Source of the DNA: a virus
Strand: one strand, 5' to 3'
Length of the DNA stretch: 64,000 bases
Virus record (IMG/VR): IMGVR_UViG_3300044712_001062
Location: 1 to 64,000 of that record
The position numbers and the translations under genes are program-made. The notes below the pieces were generated by a model. The model ran no database searches and had not been told where the DNA came from. It saw nothing but the letters and a program-made list of their open reading frames with translations. Numbering within the stretch: position 1 is the stretch's first letter; every line of letters starts with the position of its first letter. This document shows, piece after piece, positions 28,001 to 37,545 of the stretch.

Positions 28001-28754
28001 TTAATTATTGACTTTATTTGAACGCAGTGGATCGTCGATTAGCATGAAGTGATCTTTTGCACTTTCTATATACATTTTAGTCTTGCACTTTTTACACTGC
28101 CCACTAATAGATATTAAATTGCAATCATGATCTTGCTTAAAATTCACTGGAATCATACCATCACAAAACTGACAATAGGTGAACATCGCACTACTTTCCT
28201 TAAAAAGTTTGATTTTATACATCATAAGAATTCTCCAAGTAAAGAAATTAAGTTATAGATCTATTTCTGAATACTGATCACTATAGTCTATTGGGTTTGT
28301 AAAGTGATATTCACAATGAGGATCTTTACAGTAGGTTGCCAGAGTGTCCAAGTTCAAATATAGATCCCTTCCACAGTTTGGACATTCCATTTTTAAATTT
28401 ATATCTGGTGACATATTTAATTATAAAATTTGATGTTATAAAAATATGCCGATCAGATTGTGTATATTATTACAAGTCTTTTCCAGTTTCAAACAACATG
28501 GTATTAAATGGTAAAAAGTAGTGCTCAAATCCAATTAATTTAACATACTGCCGAATCATATTAAATGATGAACTCGCACTACAATAATCACCTTGCGTTG
28601 TCCATTGTTCAATTGCCTTGCGCATAATATCTAAATGTTTATTAAATGTCTCATAATCGCATTTTCGAATCAATAAAACTTGATCGGTGAAAATTTCTCC
28701 TTTGAAATACTCACCAATCACTATACATTTATATTCATTTATATTTTCAATCAT
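28001..28754 (-). other. hypothetical ORFs (28001-28225 zinc-ribbon-like; 28470-28754)
   Basis: CxxC...CxxC in the first ORF, which also carries the TTGGAGAA leader. Confidence 0.55.
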
Positions 28755-28772
28755 AATAAAAAAGTGTGATGA

Positions 28773-29498
28773 TCACTCTGTTTCGATTCTTGGGGCTATA
28801 AAGTAATATCCACAAGGATTTCCAGCAATGTTCAAAGCAATCCTACATGGTCTATCATCGCTAAATGAAAAGTCTACTGTACCTTTTACAATTTTAAATG
28901 CTGTATTGATGTAGTCCATGGAATACAAACACCATTGATCATTGTCTTTTACAATACCATTGTCAATTACAAAATTCAACACATAATCATTGTCTTGCTG
29001 ATCAAGTGATTTTATTACAGTTTTATCATTAGTAACTATGAATTTAACTTTATCAGCAATCATCGATGCGCCTTTTAAATACTTACGCATATCACTGGAT
29101 GAAATCAATACACTAGCATTCATTGACATTTCATAAAGATTGTTGACAATGGGATCTTTTTTGATATTTTCATTATCCAGGCTTTTCATGACCATTTCAT
29201 ATTTTCCACTTCGAAAAGTCAATTTATTTTCATCCTGGATAATGGTAACAAATCCATAACACATCTCCATAAATGGCTTGAGTTTTTCCAAATCCAAACA
29301 AATAACTTGATTAATTAGATTATATTGCTCAAAGGAGGTTCTTGGATACTCAAAGTCAATTAACATGACATTTGCCAAATCACTGGTTTTACACCAAATT
29401 CTATCAGGAGTAATATGCAAGCGAACTTCATTACGCACTTTACAAATTAAGTTTATAAAATCTCTAAAATCCAAATACTTTAAAATAGCACTTTGCAT
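28773..29498 (-). CDS. pcn: PCNA sliding clamp
   Basis: SDLANVMLIDF..P..SFE.Y, YSMDYI, SDDRPC...YFIAPRIE. Confidence 0.9.
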   Translation of the reverse strand: MQSAILKYLDFRDFINLICKVRNEVRLHITPDRIWCKTSDLANVMLIDFEYPRTSFEQYNLINQVICLDLEKLKPFMEMCYGFVTIIQDENKLTFRSGKYEMVMKSLDNENIKKDPIVNNLYEMSMNASVLISSSDMRKYLKGASMIADKVKFIVTNDKTVIKSLDQQDNDYVLNFVIDNGIVKDNDQWCLYSMDYINTAFKIVKGTVDFSFSDDRPCRIALNIAGNPCGYYFIAPRIETE

Positions 29499-29951
29499 AA
29501 TAATGATTAGTCATTTAATTATAAAATAGTTTGTATTATAGTGATTTATTTGGATAATGCCCAGTTCGAATATATATCATGAGAACATCCAAATTAACAT
29601 TACCTTGTTCAATCACTTTAATGGAATTTTTAATCCTCGAACGATAATTGGCGATTTCAAAAACACTACAATCAAAAGATGAAATTACATCTGGGCAATG
29701 ATTAATTTTCATCTAAAAAGCCCCAATAGATAATTTGCCCATTCAGGGAGAGTAATATTAAATGTCTTACATGATTTTCCAATTGTAAAATATCCAATAT
29801 ACATTCCAGAAAGGAAAAATAATAACATAAATGCTATAATTTCCGTGATCATTATAAACTCCTGGACATCAAATAACCCATTACAATCCCTGAAATAAAT
29901 GACGATATTAATACTATACAAACTATAAATATAATTTCCAAAATGAACACC

Positions 29952-30578
29952 TCAATTAAATTTACCTACTTCATTTCCATGTGAATCCCAATTTGGAAAT
30001 CTCTCCCTAGCAAATAATTCAATTCTCGTTACATCCCCATATAAAATTTCAAGGCGTTTTCTTACTTCATCAGGCTTTCTGGAATGCTCACGAATTGGAG
30101 AAATAACAGTTGACCTAATTGATGCATTGGCACGCCTTACACCCTTCCCGCGTATGCCAAGCAATACAAATTCAGCATTGGACCGGGTATGATTGCCCAT
30201 GCCCATGAAATCTCCATGCGTAATCTCATCACCTTCAACTGATGTATGCTGCAAATAATAATTGCGAGTTAAATGATTATTTGGAGTTGTATCAGAAGAA
30301 AATGGATTTTTATTGGTTTTGACCCAAGTAAAGGCAACTGTTTTGAATTTGTATCCCCATTCTGCCATCAATACAATTGCATTTGGTAACATTGGTGCTG
30401 TGGTCCACATAAATAAAACTGAATCTATTGCTGCAATTTCATCTATATAATCTTTCATATCTGCTAATTCTTTAATAGACATGCAAGGATATTTAAATTC
30501 AGCACCACGGTTTCCAGCAATTGCCTTATCATTGTATGACCACGGCGGGTCACATAGTATTAATTTATATTCATTCAT
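29952..30578 (-). CDS. MT-A70 family N6-adenine methyltransferase
   Basis: ILCDPPW, LFMW, WGY...FTWVK, HSRKPD, IELFAR. Confidence 0.93.
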   Translation of the reverse strand: MNEYKLILCDPPWSYNDKAIAGNRGAEFKYPCMSIKELADMKDYIDEIAAIDSVLFMWTTAPMLPNAIVLMAEWGYKFKTVAFTWVKTNKNPFSSDTTPNNHLTRNYYLQHTSVEGDEITHGDFMGMGNHTRSNAEFVLLGIRGKGVRRANASIRSTVISPIREHSRKPDEVRKRLEILYGDVTRIELFARERFPNWDSHGNEVGKFN

Positions 30579-30972
30579 CTAATAATCCTCCACACCAACA
30601 TGTAAATGGATGTGTTCGTAACTGTGCGCCACCATACATAGGTGCTGTAAACATTCCAATCTCTTCTGCTTGTTTTTGAATTTTATAAGTTTCATCATCA
30701 ATACAAAAAACCTCACCACAATCTCTACAAATCATCTTAATTGGCATTTTAAATCACCAACAACTCGTGTCACTAATTTCAATTCGCTCGCCGCAACCTC
30801 GACATCTTACATATACATTACTTGCGATTCCATTTGGAAAGAATATAATTTCAATTTCCCCACAGTGTTTTTGTCTAAATGCATTGAACCTTTCTTCTTC
30901 AAGATCATTTAACTTGAAAGTTATCATGTATAATATGTATATTAGTGATTGTATAAAAAAGATTGCAGGAAA

Positions 30973-31779
30973 TCATATATTATTCATAACTCCCATACAC
31001 GCAGTAATGAAATATATTCCAAATAAAAATGCTGGATTATATTGTTTGGTTTTTATGAAGTAACCCACCCATATTAAATTTGAAACAATCCATATAGAAA
31101 ATCCATACAATCTCAAATCAGATGTAGATGCAGTAACTAAAAAAGCGCCAATTAATGATAGAGTGGTTGAATAAATTGTAGGATCTCTTATATTCATAAT
31201 ACAAATATAATTTTAAAATATATATTTGTTTTGTAAATGATCCTTAACTATTCATTGAATTATAATAGCCAATGACAAGCATTATGGCCATCACAAATGT
31301 TGGAAATATCAATTGCCAAAGTTCCAGATTAATTTTCAAATATGCATTTAATAAAAACATCGCACATTGGATGTATACCAGGATAAATGCTGGTGAAATA
31401 CTTGAGTTTCTAAACGAATTATGGTAATTGTAAGTTACTGAATGTGGTTTTTGCTCATCTGACATTTGGATTCTCCACGTAAAAATAGAAAAAGTTAAAT
31501 TTAACTTATAACGGGATCTACAAGTTCATTAGGTGTAATGGCTTCATTGTATTCTTTAATGGCCATTTCGCGAAGTTCATTAAATGCAGCAAGGAAATTG
31601 GTCTCTTCTTCTTCTGTTATACTCTGAAGATCGTTGCATGATTTTAGATAACTAATTTCAAGATCTTTCTTCTGAATTTCATCAGTAATAGCATCAAGGT
31701 CTACTGAAGAGACGTAAAAATGGTTCATAAAAACAATCAGTGTTCTGGCAGTTTCTTTGGATAAATTCCATTGAATCAT
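30973..31779 (-). other. three small ORFs (two membrane proteins, 30973-31197 and 31244-31465; acidic 31501-31779)
   Basis: hydrophobic segments; ORF track. Confidence 0.55.
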
Positions 31780-31946
31780 AGTAATACGTTGCAGGGGTGA
31801 TCATTTAAGTCTTTCCATTTAATTGCAATTGGCGATTTGTATGGTATATAAAATTTATAAAAGATTGATGATGTAATCACCAGAGCGCGAGTTATAAACT
31901 GGTGCAGGGAATGTTAAAATAGAAAGGTTGAATGATATTACTATTT

Positions 31947-32831
31947 TTAAATGTATAAATTATAATCCCAACAATCCTTTACCACACCTTCTTCGACTTC
32001 CAATCGAATATCCTCTTCATTAACCTGATATAATCCTGCTTCTTCAGGAGTTTTACAGCACGAACACTTCAAATATTTATTTTCTGTGCATGTTGGTGGA
32101 TATTCCTTGACATTTTGCAAATCATATATTTTTTTCTCCACCGTAGCATCCCGCTTAAAGTCTAAATAATTAATTTCTTTGGTTTGGGGATTAATCAAAC
32201 AACCACAAACAATATCCCAATCTTTGAACTCATCTAAATTTTTCAAGATAATTTTATAAAATGTCAATTCATCCTTGATGTTATCCTGGGTAAACTTACT
32301 TTGTATAGAACTTTTACCCGTCTTATATTCGTCAATAATCAATTGTTTGCGACCTTCTACTACACCATCCACAATTTTATTGAATGTTCGTTCACTCAAG
32401 GTAAAGCCAACATCCTTGGCCATATAAGATAGCATACCAGGAGATACTCTATCATTCCGATCAATGACACCACGAATCTTAAGTCCATGATGATAATACA
32501 TTTGCTCGGTGGATACTGGCAAAAAGTATTCACGACCACCCTTAACCAATCGCTTATATTCTTGATCAATAAACCACTTAAGCATATCAACTTCATATGG
32601 TGCAAATGATGGATGTATGAAACTATACCAATTGACTGGATCTACTTCCAATGCGTATTTGTGGAATGTTTCGGCAAAATTATGAAAACGGCTTCCCACG
32701 GCCATTGAAAAATTCTGCGGATCCTTTTCACCAAGCACATAATTATGATAATATTTTTTTGGACAATACTTCATCAAACTCAAGCGACTTTTGCTTGTAT
32801 AATCCTTATATTGATCTACTTCATCACTCAT
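31947..32831 (-). CDS. PD-(D/E)XK exonuclease, Cas4/RecB-like
   Basis: SKS.L....CPKKYY, GS.FH, RGVIDR, DEYKTG, C-terminal Cys cluster. Confidence 0.88.
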   Translation of the reverse strand: MSDEVDQYKDYTSKSRLSLMKYCPKKYYHNYVLGEKDPQNFSMAVGSRFHNFAETFHKYALEVDPVNWYSFIHPSFAPYEVDMLKWFIDQEYKRLVKGGREYFLPVSTEQMYYHHGLKIRGVIDRNDRVSPGMLSYMAKDVGFTLSERTFNKIVDGVVEGRKQLIIDEYKTGKSSIQSKFTQDNIKDELTFYKIILKNLDEFKDWDIVCGCLINPQTKEINYLDFKRDATVEKKIYDLQNVKEYPPTCTENKYLKCSCCKTPEEAGLYQVNEEDIRLEVEEGVVKDCWDYNLYI

Positions 32832-32858
32832 GATCGTAAAAAAGATAAATGGAGATGC

Positions 32859-33680
32859 TCAAAAGAACTTTACGCCGGTTCGCTCACTAATAGCAGCCTT
32901 GATAGAATCAAATGTTGGATTCTCAATCTCAAATCCCTTAAGATTACCATAATTAGTGCCAGTCACTTTAAAGATTCGCTTATCTCCAATCATCATGACC
33001 TCGCCATAAAATTCAAAGAGATAACCACTACCTTTCTTTGCATCCATTATTTTGATGCCAGTATCTCCTTCATTATTAAACACACTTTTCATCCACATCG
33101 TGCAAACCAAATTCATCTTCGTTTGCTGGAGTAATTCACCAATGGTAAGATATTTGGCCTTTGCCTTTCCATACTCAAACATATATGGCTTTCCAGTCTT
33201 TGGATCTTTCTTGACAGTTGGTGAGTTTTCAAACCAATCCGCGACCCATTGTGACACCGATGAATAACTATCAAATACAATGGTTCCCTTTTCAAGATTC
33301 TTAACTTTCTGCAAAACATCGTGAATATAATCAATGGCCTTGACCTTATCAAAATCACCATTCTCATCACGAACTTTCTGCATGATATTTACATAATAAA
33401 CATCAGTGAGATCTCCCATCTGTTTAAGTGTAATGTCCTCTTTATTTTCAGTGCTAAAGATGTAAATTGGCCTTGGAACATTAAAAGCCAGCGTACTCTT
33501 GCCGCATTTGTCATCTCCATATATCCCAAGTTTAAAAGATCTCACACCAGGAATATTTACCGCTGGTTCAAAATAATCCCCAAATGGATTAGAAGATCCT
33601 ATACCCTTCTCAACTTTTGGAGAATCAACAACCTTCGATGGCGCTGCCTCCTTAACATCGCTTTCTTCCCATTTCGTCAT
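32859..33680 (-). CDS. AAA_24/Sak4-like RecA-fold ATPase
   Basis: IYGDDKCGKST Walker A, TIVFDS Walker B; lies between the exonuclease and the OB-fold gene. Confidence 0.8.
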   Translation of the reverse strand: MTKWEESDVKEAAPSKVVDSPKVEKGIGSSNPFGDYFEPAVNIPGVRSFKLGIYGDDKCGKSTLAFNVPRPIYIFSTENKEDITLKQMGDLTDVYYVNIMQKVRDENGDFDKVKAIDYIHDVLQKVKNLEKGTIVFDSYSSVSQWVADWFENSPTVKKDPKTGKPYMFEYGKAKAKYLTIGELLQQTKMNLVCTMWMKSVFNNEGDTGIKIMDAKKGSGYLFEFYGEVMMIGDKRIFKVTGTNYGNLKGFEIENPTFDSIKAAISERTGVKFF

Positions 33681-33983
33681 GTTAAAATTCCACTACTAAA
33701 TTTTTAGTTTGTAGAATATAATGTTGTCTTTGATTAGATATAAAGATAGTGTATACAATGTAAGTTATAAAAGTTAAAATCGAAAAATAAAATGTTTAAT
33801 CATCAAAGCGCGAAAAAATAATAAAAAAAGTTAAAGTATTCAATATGCATAGAGTGCTTTAGTGATGTTCAAAATTGTTGTTGATAAAGTAAGCAACTCA
33901 TCAAAATCACCACTAATTGATTCTCCCTTCATTCTTTCATAAAGAATATTGAGAATTTCATCACCAATATCATTCATAAAAGT

Positions 33984-34184
33984 TTATTCCTTTAATTTCC
34001 ACTGACCACACTTGAAATTCTGTGGATAATCTTCAATTTGTTCCCATTTAGGATTCAATGTGCATTTAAACCTCTTCGTATTATCACTCCCACCAAATCG
34101 ATGCTCACAAGTAATGCAAAATTTATTACCATTGGTGGCAGCCTTTGCCGCTTCAACCAATTCACTCTCATTTTTAACAGCCAT
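33984..34184 (-). CDS. small Cys-rich protein
   Basis: CITCEH..C..C..W. Confidence 0.55.
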   Translation of the reverse strand: MAVKNESELVEAAKAATNGNKFCITCEHRFGGSDNTKRFKCTLNPKWEQIEDYPQNFKCGQWKLKE

Positions 34185-34221
34185 GATATATTACCTTTAT
34201 ATTTTTCAAAAAAATTAAGGA

Positions 34222-35424
34222 TTAGAGCAATCCTTTGTCGCGAAGTCTTTGAAGCACTGCATCTTTACCGGCATCACGGTTACGGATGACTCCCCAAAGT
34301 TCGTAATACTGGATCATTTCATCCTTATCGTTTTTGAACTGCATCTTACGTCCAACAACAACAACTTCATCACCAATGTTCAGTTCTTCAACATCTTCAA
34401 CAACCGGCAGATAATTAGACTTCATTCCAATTCCGCCGATCAGGTCATCACTATTAATTCTGATTCGTGCTGAAAGACCATCGCCCTCAATCTTCTTCTG
34501 CTGGATAGAACCTGAAGTCGCAAATACAGTTCTTGGATCGGCATCCATCAAAGCATTGAGGTCCATCCAGTGTTCAGTAGTCTGAAGCACTCGCATTGCC
34601 GTTTCATATGCCTTGTCGTAAACACCCTTATCTTCATGACCAAGATCAAATATACTCCAGGTCGTCCCATACTTATTTGCATAGAGAATGCTCTTGCGAC
34701 CAACCTTTGGAACATGACGGAAATCCTTGTTATCTCTATCCCATGGCAAGTTCGCAATTACAAAATCTTCCTTATTTTCATCAACAGTCTTAACAATCTT
34801 ACCATCTTTACCGACAGCACACTGTTCAACTGCAGTGATGATCATTGGGACTTTAACACGAAGAACGGTCTCAATTTCCTCGCCAAACTTCTTATTCTCC
34901 TTGGTTACCGTTGCACCACTTTCATCCTTGTAAGTTGTCTCACGCTCGCTTTCCAGGGGAATTGGATAATCCTTACCGTCCTTTGACTTACCAATCTTGA
35001 TTTTACCACTGGTGATCCACTGGTTAATCATTTCTAGATTTGGAGCATGATTCTTCTCTACATACTCACCAGTTTCGACATCCTTCTCTTTCCAAGTTCC
35101 ACCATTCAAATATCTGTAATACCACTTGCGAATGTCATTCTTCTTGTAGTCGTTCTTATCTTCATACTTGGAAACACCAAGAACAATTGCATATAGCCCC
35201 TTGTTCTTACCTTTCTCAAATTCACTCTTCGCGTATTCAAAGCCACTTGGTCTGAACAAACTTGACACATTGGCAGTTACAATTTTCTCAACTTCAGCAT
35301 CGATGTGTTCAGCATCATAAAACGTGGCCAATTCCACCTTAATTTTTGCTGAATATTCTTCGATCTTCTTCTTAACTACAGCCTCATCAACTGTATATCT
35401 CTCGGCAATTGCTTTATAATCCAT
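34222..35424 (-). CDS. probable single-stranded DNA-binding (OB-fold) protein
   Basis: C-terminal OB-like LNIGDEVVVVGR..YELWGVI; distinct codon usage; upstream of the Sak4-like and exonuclease genes. Confidence 0.55.
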   Translation of the reverse strand: MDYKAIAERYTVDEAVVKKKIEEYSAKIKVELATFYDAEHIDAEVEKIVTANVSSLFRPSGFEYAKSEFEKGKNKGLYAIVLGVSKYEDKNDYKKNDIRKWYYRYLNGGTWKEKDVETGEYVEKNHAPNLEMINQWITSGKIKIGKSKDGKDYPIPLESERETTYKDESGATVTKENKKFGEEIETVLRVKVPMIITAVEQCAVGKDGKIVKTVDENKEDFVIANLPWDRDNKDFRHVPKVGRKSILYANKYGTTWSIFDLGHEDKGVYDKAYETAMRVLQTTEHWMDLNALMDADPRTVFATSGSIQQKKIEGDGLSARIRINSDDLIGGIGMKSNYLPVVEDVEELNIGDEVVVVGRKMQFKNDKDEMIQYYELWGVIRNRDAGKDAVLQRLRDKGLL

Positions 35425-35585
35425 GATATAGATCCTTAACTTTCTCGATTTCTTACATGCACAATTGAATGTGCGAGGTTTTTAAAACCCAATTTAGTTT
35501 GTGGGTATTACTAATGTTTGTGTTGAAGTTATAAAAAGATGATCATAGATGCCCATTAAAAAGTATAAAATTGTTAAAATTTAAC

Positions 35586-36171
35586 CTAATATTTCTCGAA
35601 CCCGCATACCTTACCAGTTCGATCCACCATTTTTCCCTTCAACGAACAATATGATATAGTGATCAATTTACCACACCTCGAAATATATTCCATGCCAACC
35701 CTATCTATATACCCACAATCACCACAACATGAAGGCCCAACATATTGATCGCTTTGAAATTCAACGCCAATTTGCTCAATCATATTCCACCTATTTTTCA
35801 ATCTTAATTCCAGTATATCGGTAATTTTCAATTCCTTTCATTGCTTCATCAGTTCGCTTCATATAATAAGCCTTGTTGAAAACCTTAACCCTAAACAGCC
35901 AGTGTTCTTGCCTAACCATAATTTCATACAAATAGTGCCTGGCTAAATGTCTTGTTATACCAAACTTATCTATAAAATCAGTAGTTTGAAGCACCCAGTC
36001 CCATTCCCACTCATTATGATAAAAATCCATAAATCTCTGATACAAACTTCCGTCAAAAAAACAGCAAGGAACCAACTCAACTCTTCGTTTCTTACACGAA
36101 CCATCTTCCTTTATATACTTGCAGAACTTACATTGTGGTTCCACGATATTAGTATTTAAGTTCTTCTTCAT
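35586..36171 (-). other. two Cys-containing ORFs (35586-35831; 35791-36171 with possible winged HTH)
   Basis: CxxC motifs; TTDFIDKFGITRHLARHYL helix-turn-helix-like segment. Confidence 0.55.
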
Positions 36172-36286
36172 TACCTTTATATATCCAATTAATAGTATTT
36201 AAAGTTTACCATCCAATTTATATATAGTAAATGAATTTGACACTTTTATTTAAAGATTGTGCAATGTAATGACCTTAAACACTACA

Positions 36287-36383
36287 TTTTTATACAAGTT
36301 GTTACATATTTGTATGTGCCACAAGGTAACAAGACTACTAAAGCAAGGAGTGGGATCCTTTCTTTATTTGTTTTGTTTAGAGT
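36287..36383 (+). ncRNA. dispersed hairpin small-RNA unit, copy 7 (longer stem)
   Basis: TTTTTATA-11nt-ATATTTGTATGTGC, AACAAGAC/GTTTTGTT, TAAAG/CTTTA, AAGGA/TCCTT, then TAGAGT. Confidence 0.7.
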
Positions 36384-36429
36384 ATGTGGTAATCGACTTG
36401 TTTTCCCGAAATTAACCATGTAGATTACA

Positions 36430-36502
36430 TTCTCCATATGGGCGTGGGGTTTTCCAAGTTTCAAAAAAGTTTGTATATGGGCTTTGAGTTCTCCACATGG
36501 GC
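36430..36502. repeat. three direct repeats with consensus TTCTCCAYATGGGC
   Basis: 36430-36443, 36470-36482 (degenerate), 36489-36502. Confidence 0.55.
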
Positions 36503-36517
36503 ATTATATTTTAGATA

Positions 36518-37378
36518 TTATATTTTTCTTTTTTGGCTTTTGATATTTTTTTGTTTGCGAAGATCGATCATTGTGACATTTGTTGGCGTGGTGAAAGTTT
36601 TGAAACCCCTGCTACACACCGTATGGAAGTAGTTTCGGCTAACCTTGACACTGGGAAACTGCTCAACAAACGCATGGTATATGGCATATTCGACAACTTC
36701 ATCTATATCATATTCAATGCCGAAGTCCCGGACAAAGTCCCTTATGCGTTCGCTCTTGAAGCCTGGGCCATTATCCTCGATGGCCAATGAAGCGAGAAAT
36801 TTGTAAAATTCATCAAGGCGCTCCAAAATTATACACCTCGAAATATAAAAATTGAACCTATATTAATCATCTATAGGAAAGTGCTCATTACCTATATATA
36901 AATGTTTGGTAACAATGTTACACGATTATTTACAATTTGTGAGTAAAAAATGAAAAATTTAAATGGTCAATCTGATCATTTCACTCATGCCGAATTTTGT
37001 GTCGTGGTGATATGAGCAAACTTTAGCATTGAATGAGATTTTATCCCCAGGTTTGATATCATTAAGCATTAAATATGAAAGTTGATTGACATTTTGAATG
37101 TAGGTGTGATTAGTCACATATTCACCATCGATCATCAAGTCGCCCACCAGTGCATATTTTGAATTGTTACGGTAATGGACACAACCCTTTTTAATGAATC
37201 GCCCAGTGCAATTTACCCAACCCTTATCAAGGAATTTCTTGAGGTATTCACGGCGCTTAAACGAATCATTAGTCACACTTTCATGAGATCCACAGACACA
37301 CCCGTTAATTTGAAATTCATCCTCGATGGTAGTTTTTCCACATTTTACACATTTGACAATTGGTATGCCTTTAATCAT
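36518..37378 (-). other. two hypothetical ORFs (36518-36826; 36959-37378 zinc ribbon plus OB-like)
   Basis: GAGGTG SD; CxxC..CxC; DIKPGDKISFNAKVCSY. Confidence 0.55.
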
Positions 37379-37459
37379 GAATGAAATGTTAGCAGCAAAA
37401 CTATTTAAGTTTAACTATTTGTATGCGGCAAAAGTTTCCTAACAAAAGATCCCAGAAAT

Positions 37460-37545
37460 ACTCTAAACAAAACGAAAGAAAAGAAATTTCTTCTTTCTGT
37501 CTTGTTCGTGGGGTACATACAAATATATCTTAACTTATATAAAAA
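37460..37545 (-). ncRNA. dispersed hairpin small-RNA unit, copy 8
   Basis: minus strand: TTTTTATA-11nt-ATATTTGTATGTAC, GAACAAGAC/GTTTTGTTT, GAAAGAAGAA/TTCTTTTCTTTC, then AGAGT. Confidence 0.7.

Noticed and set aside
31947-32831. Cas4 as evidence of a CRISPR system
   Set aside because: Solo nuclease in an SSB/Sak4-like recombination module, with no cas1, cas2 or array.
688-37545. Dispersed units as a CRISPR array or Cas9-type repeat (GTTTAGAG similarity)
   Set aside because: No tandem repeat-spacer structure, the stem interior is variable, and no cas operon is present; the match is only about 8 nt.
688-37545. Dispersed units as simple intrinsic terminators or IS/MITE ends
   Set aside because: Each has a fixed-distance TATA box and conserved 5' block; no target-site duplications or transposase were seen.
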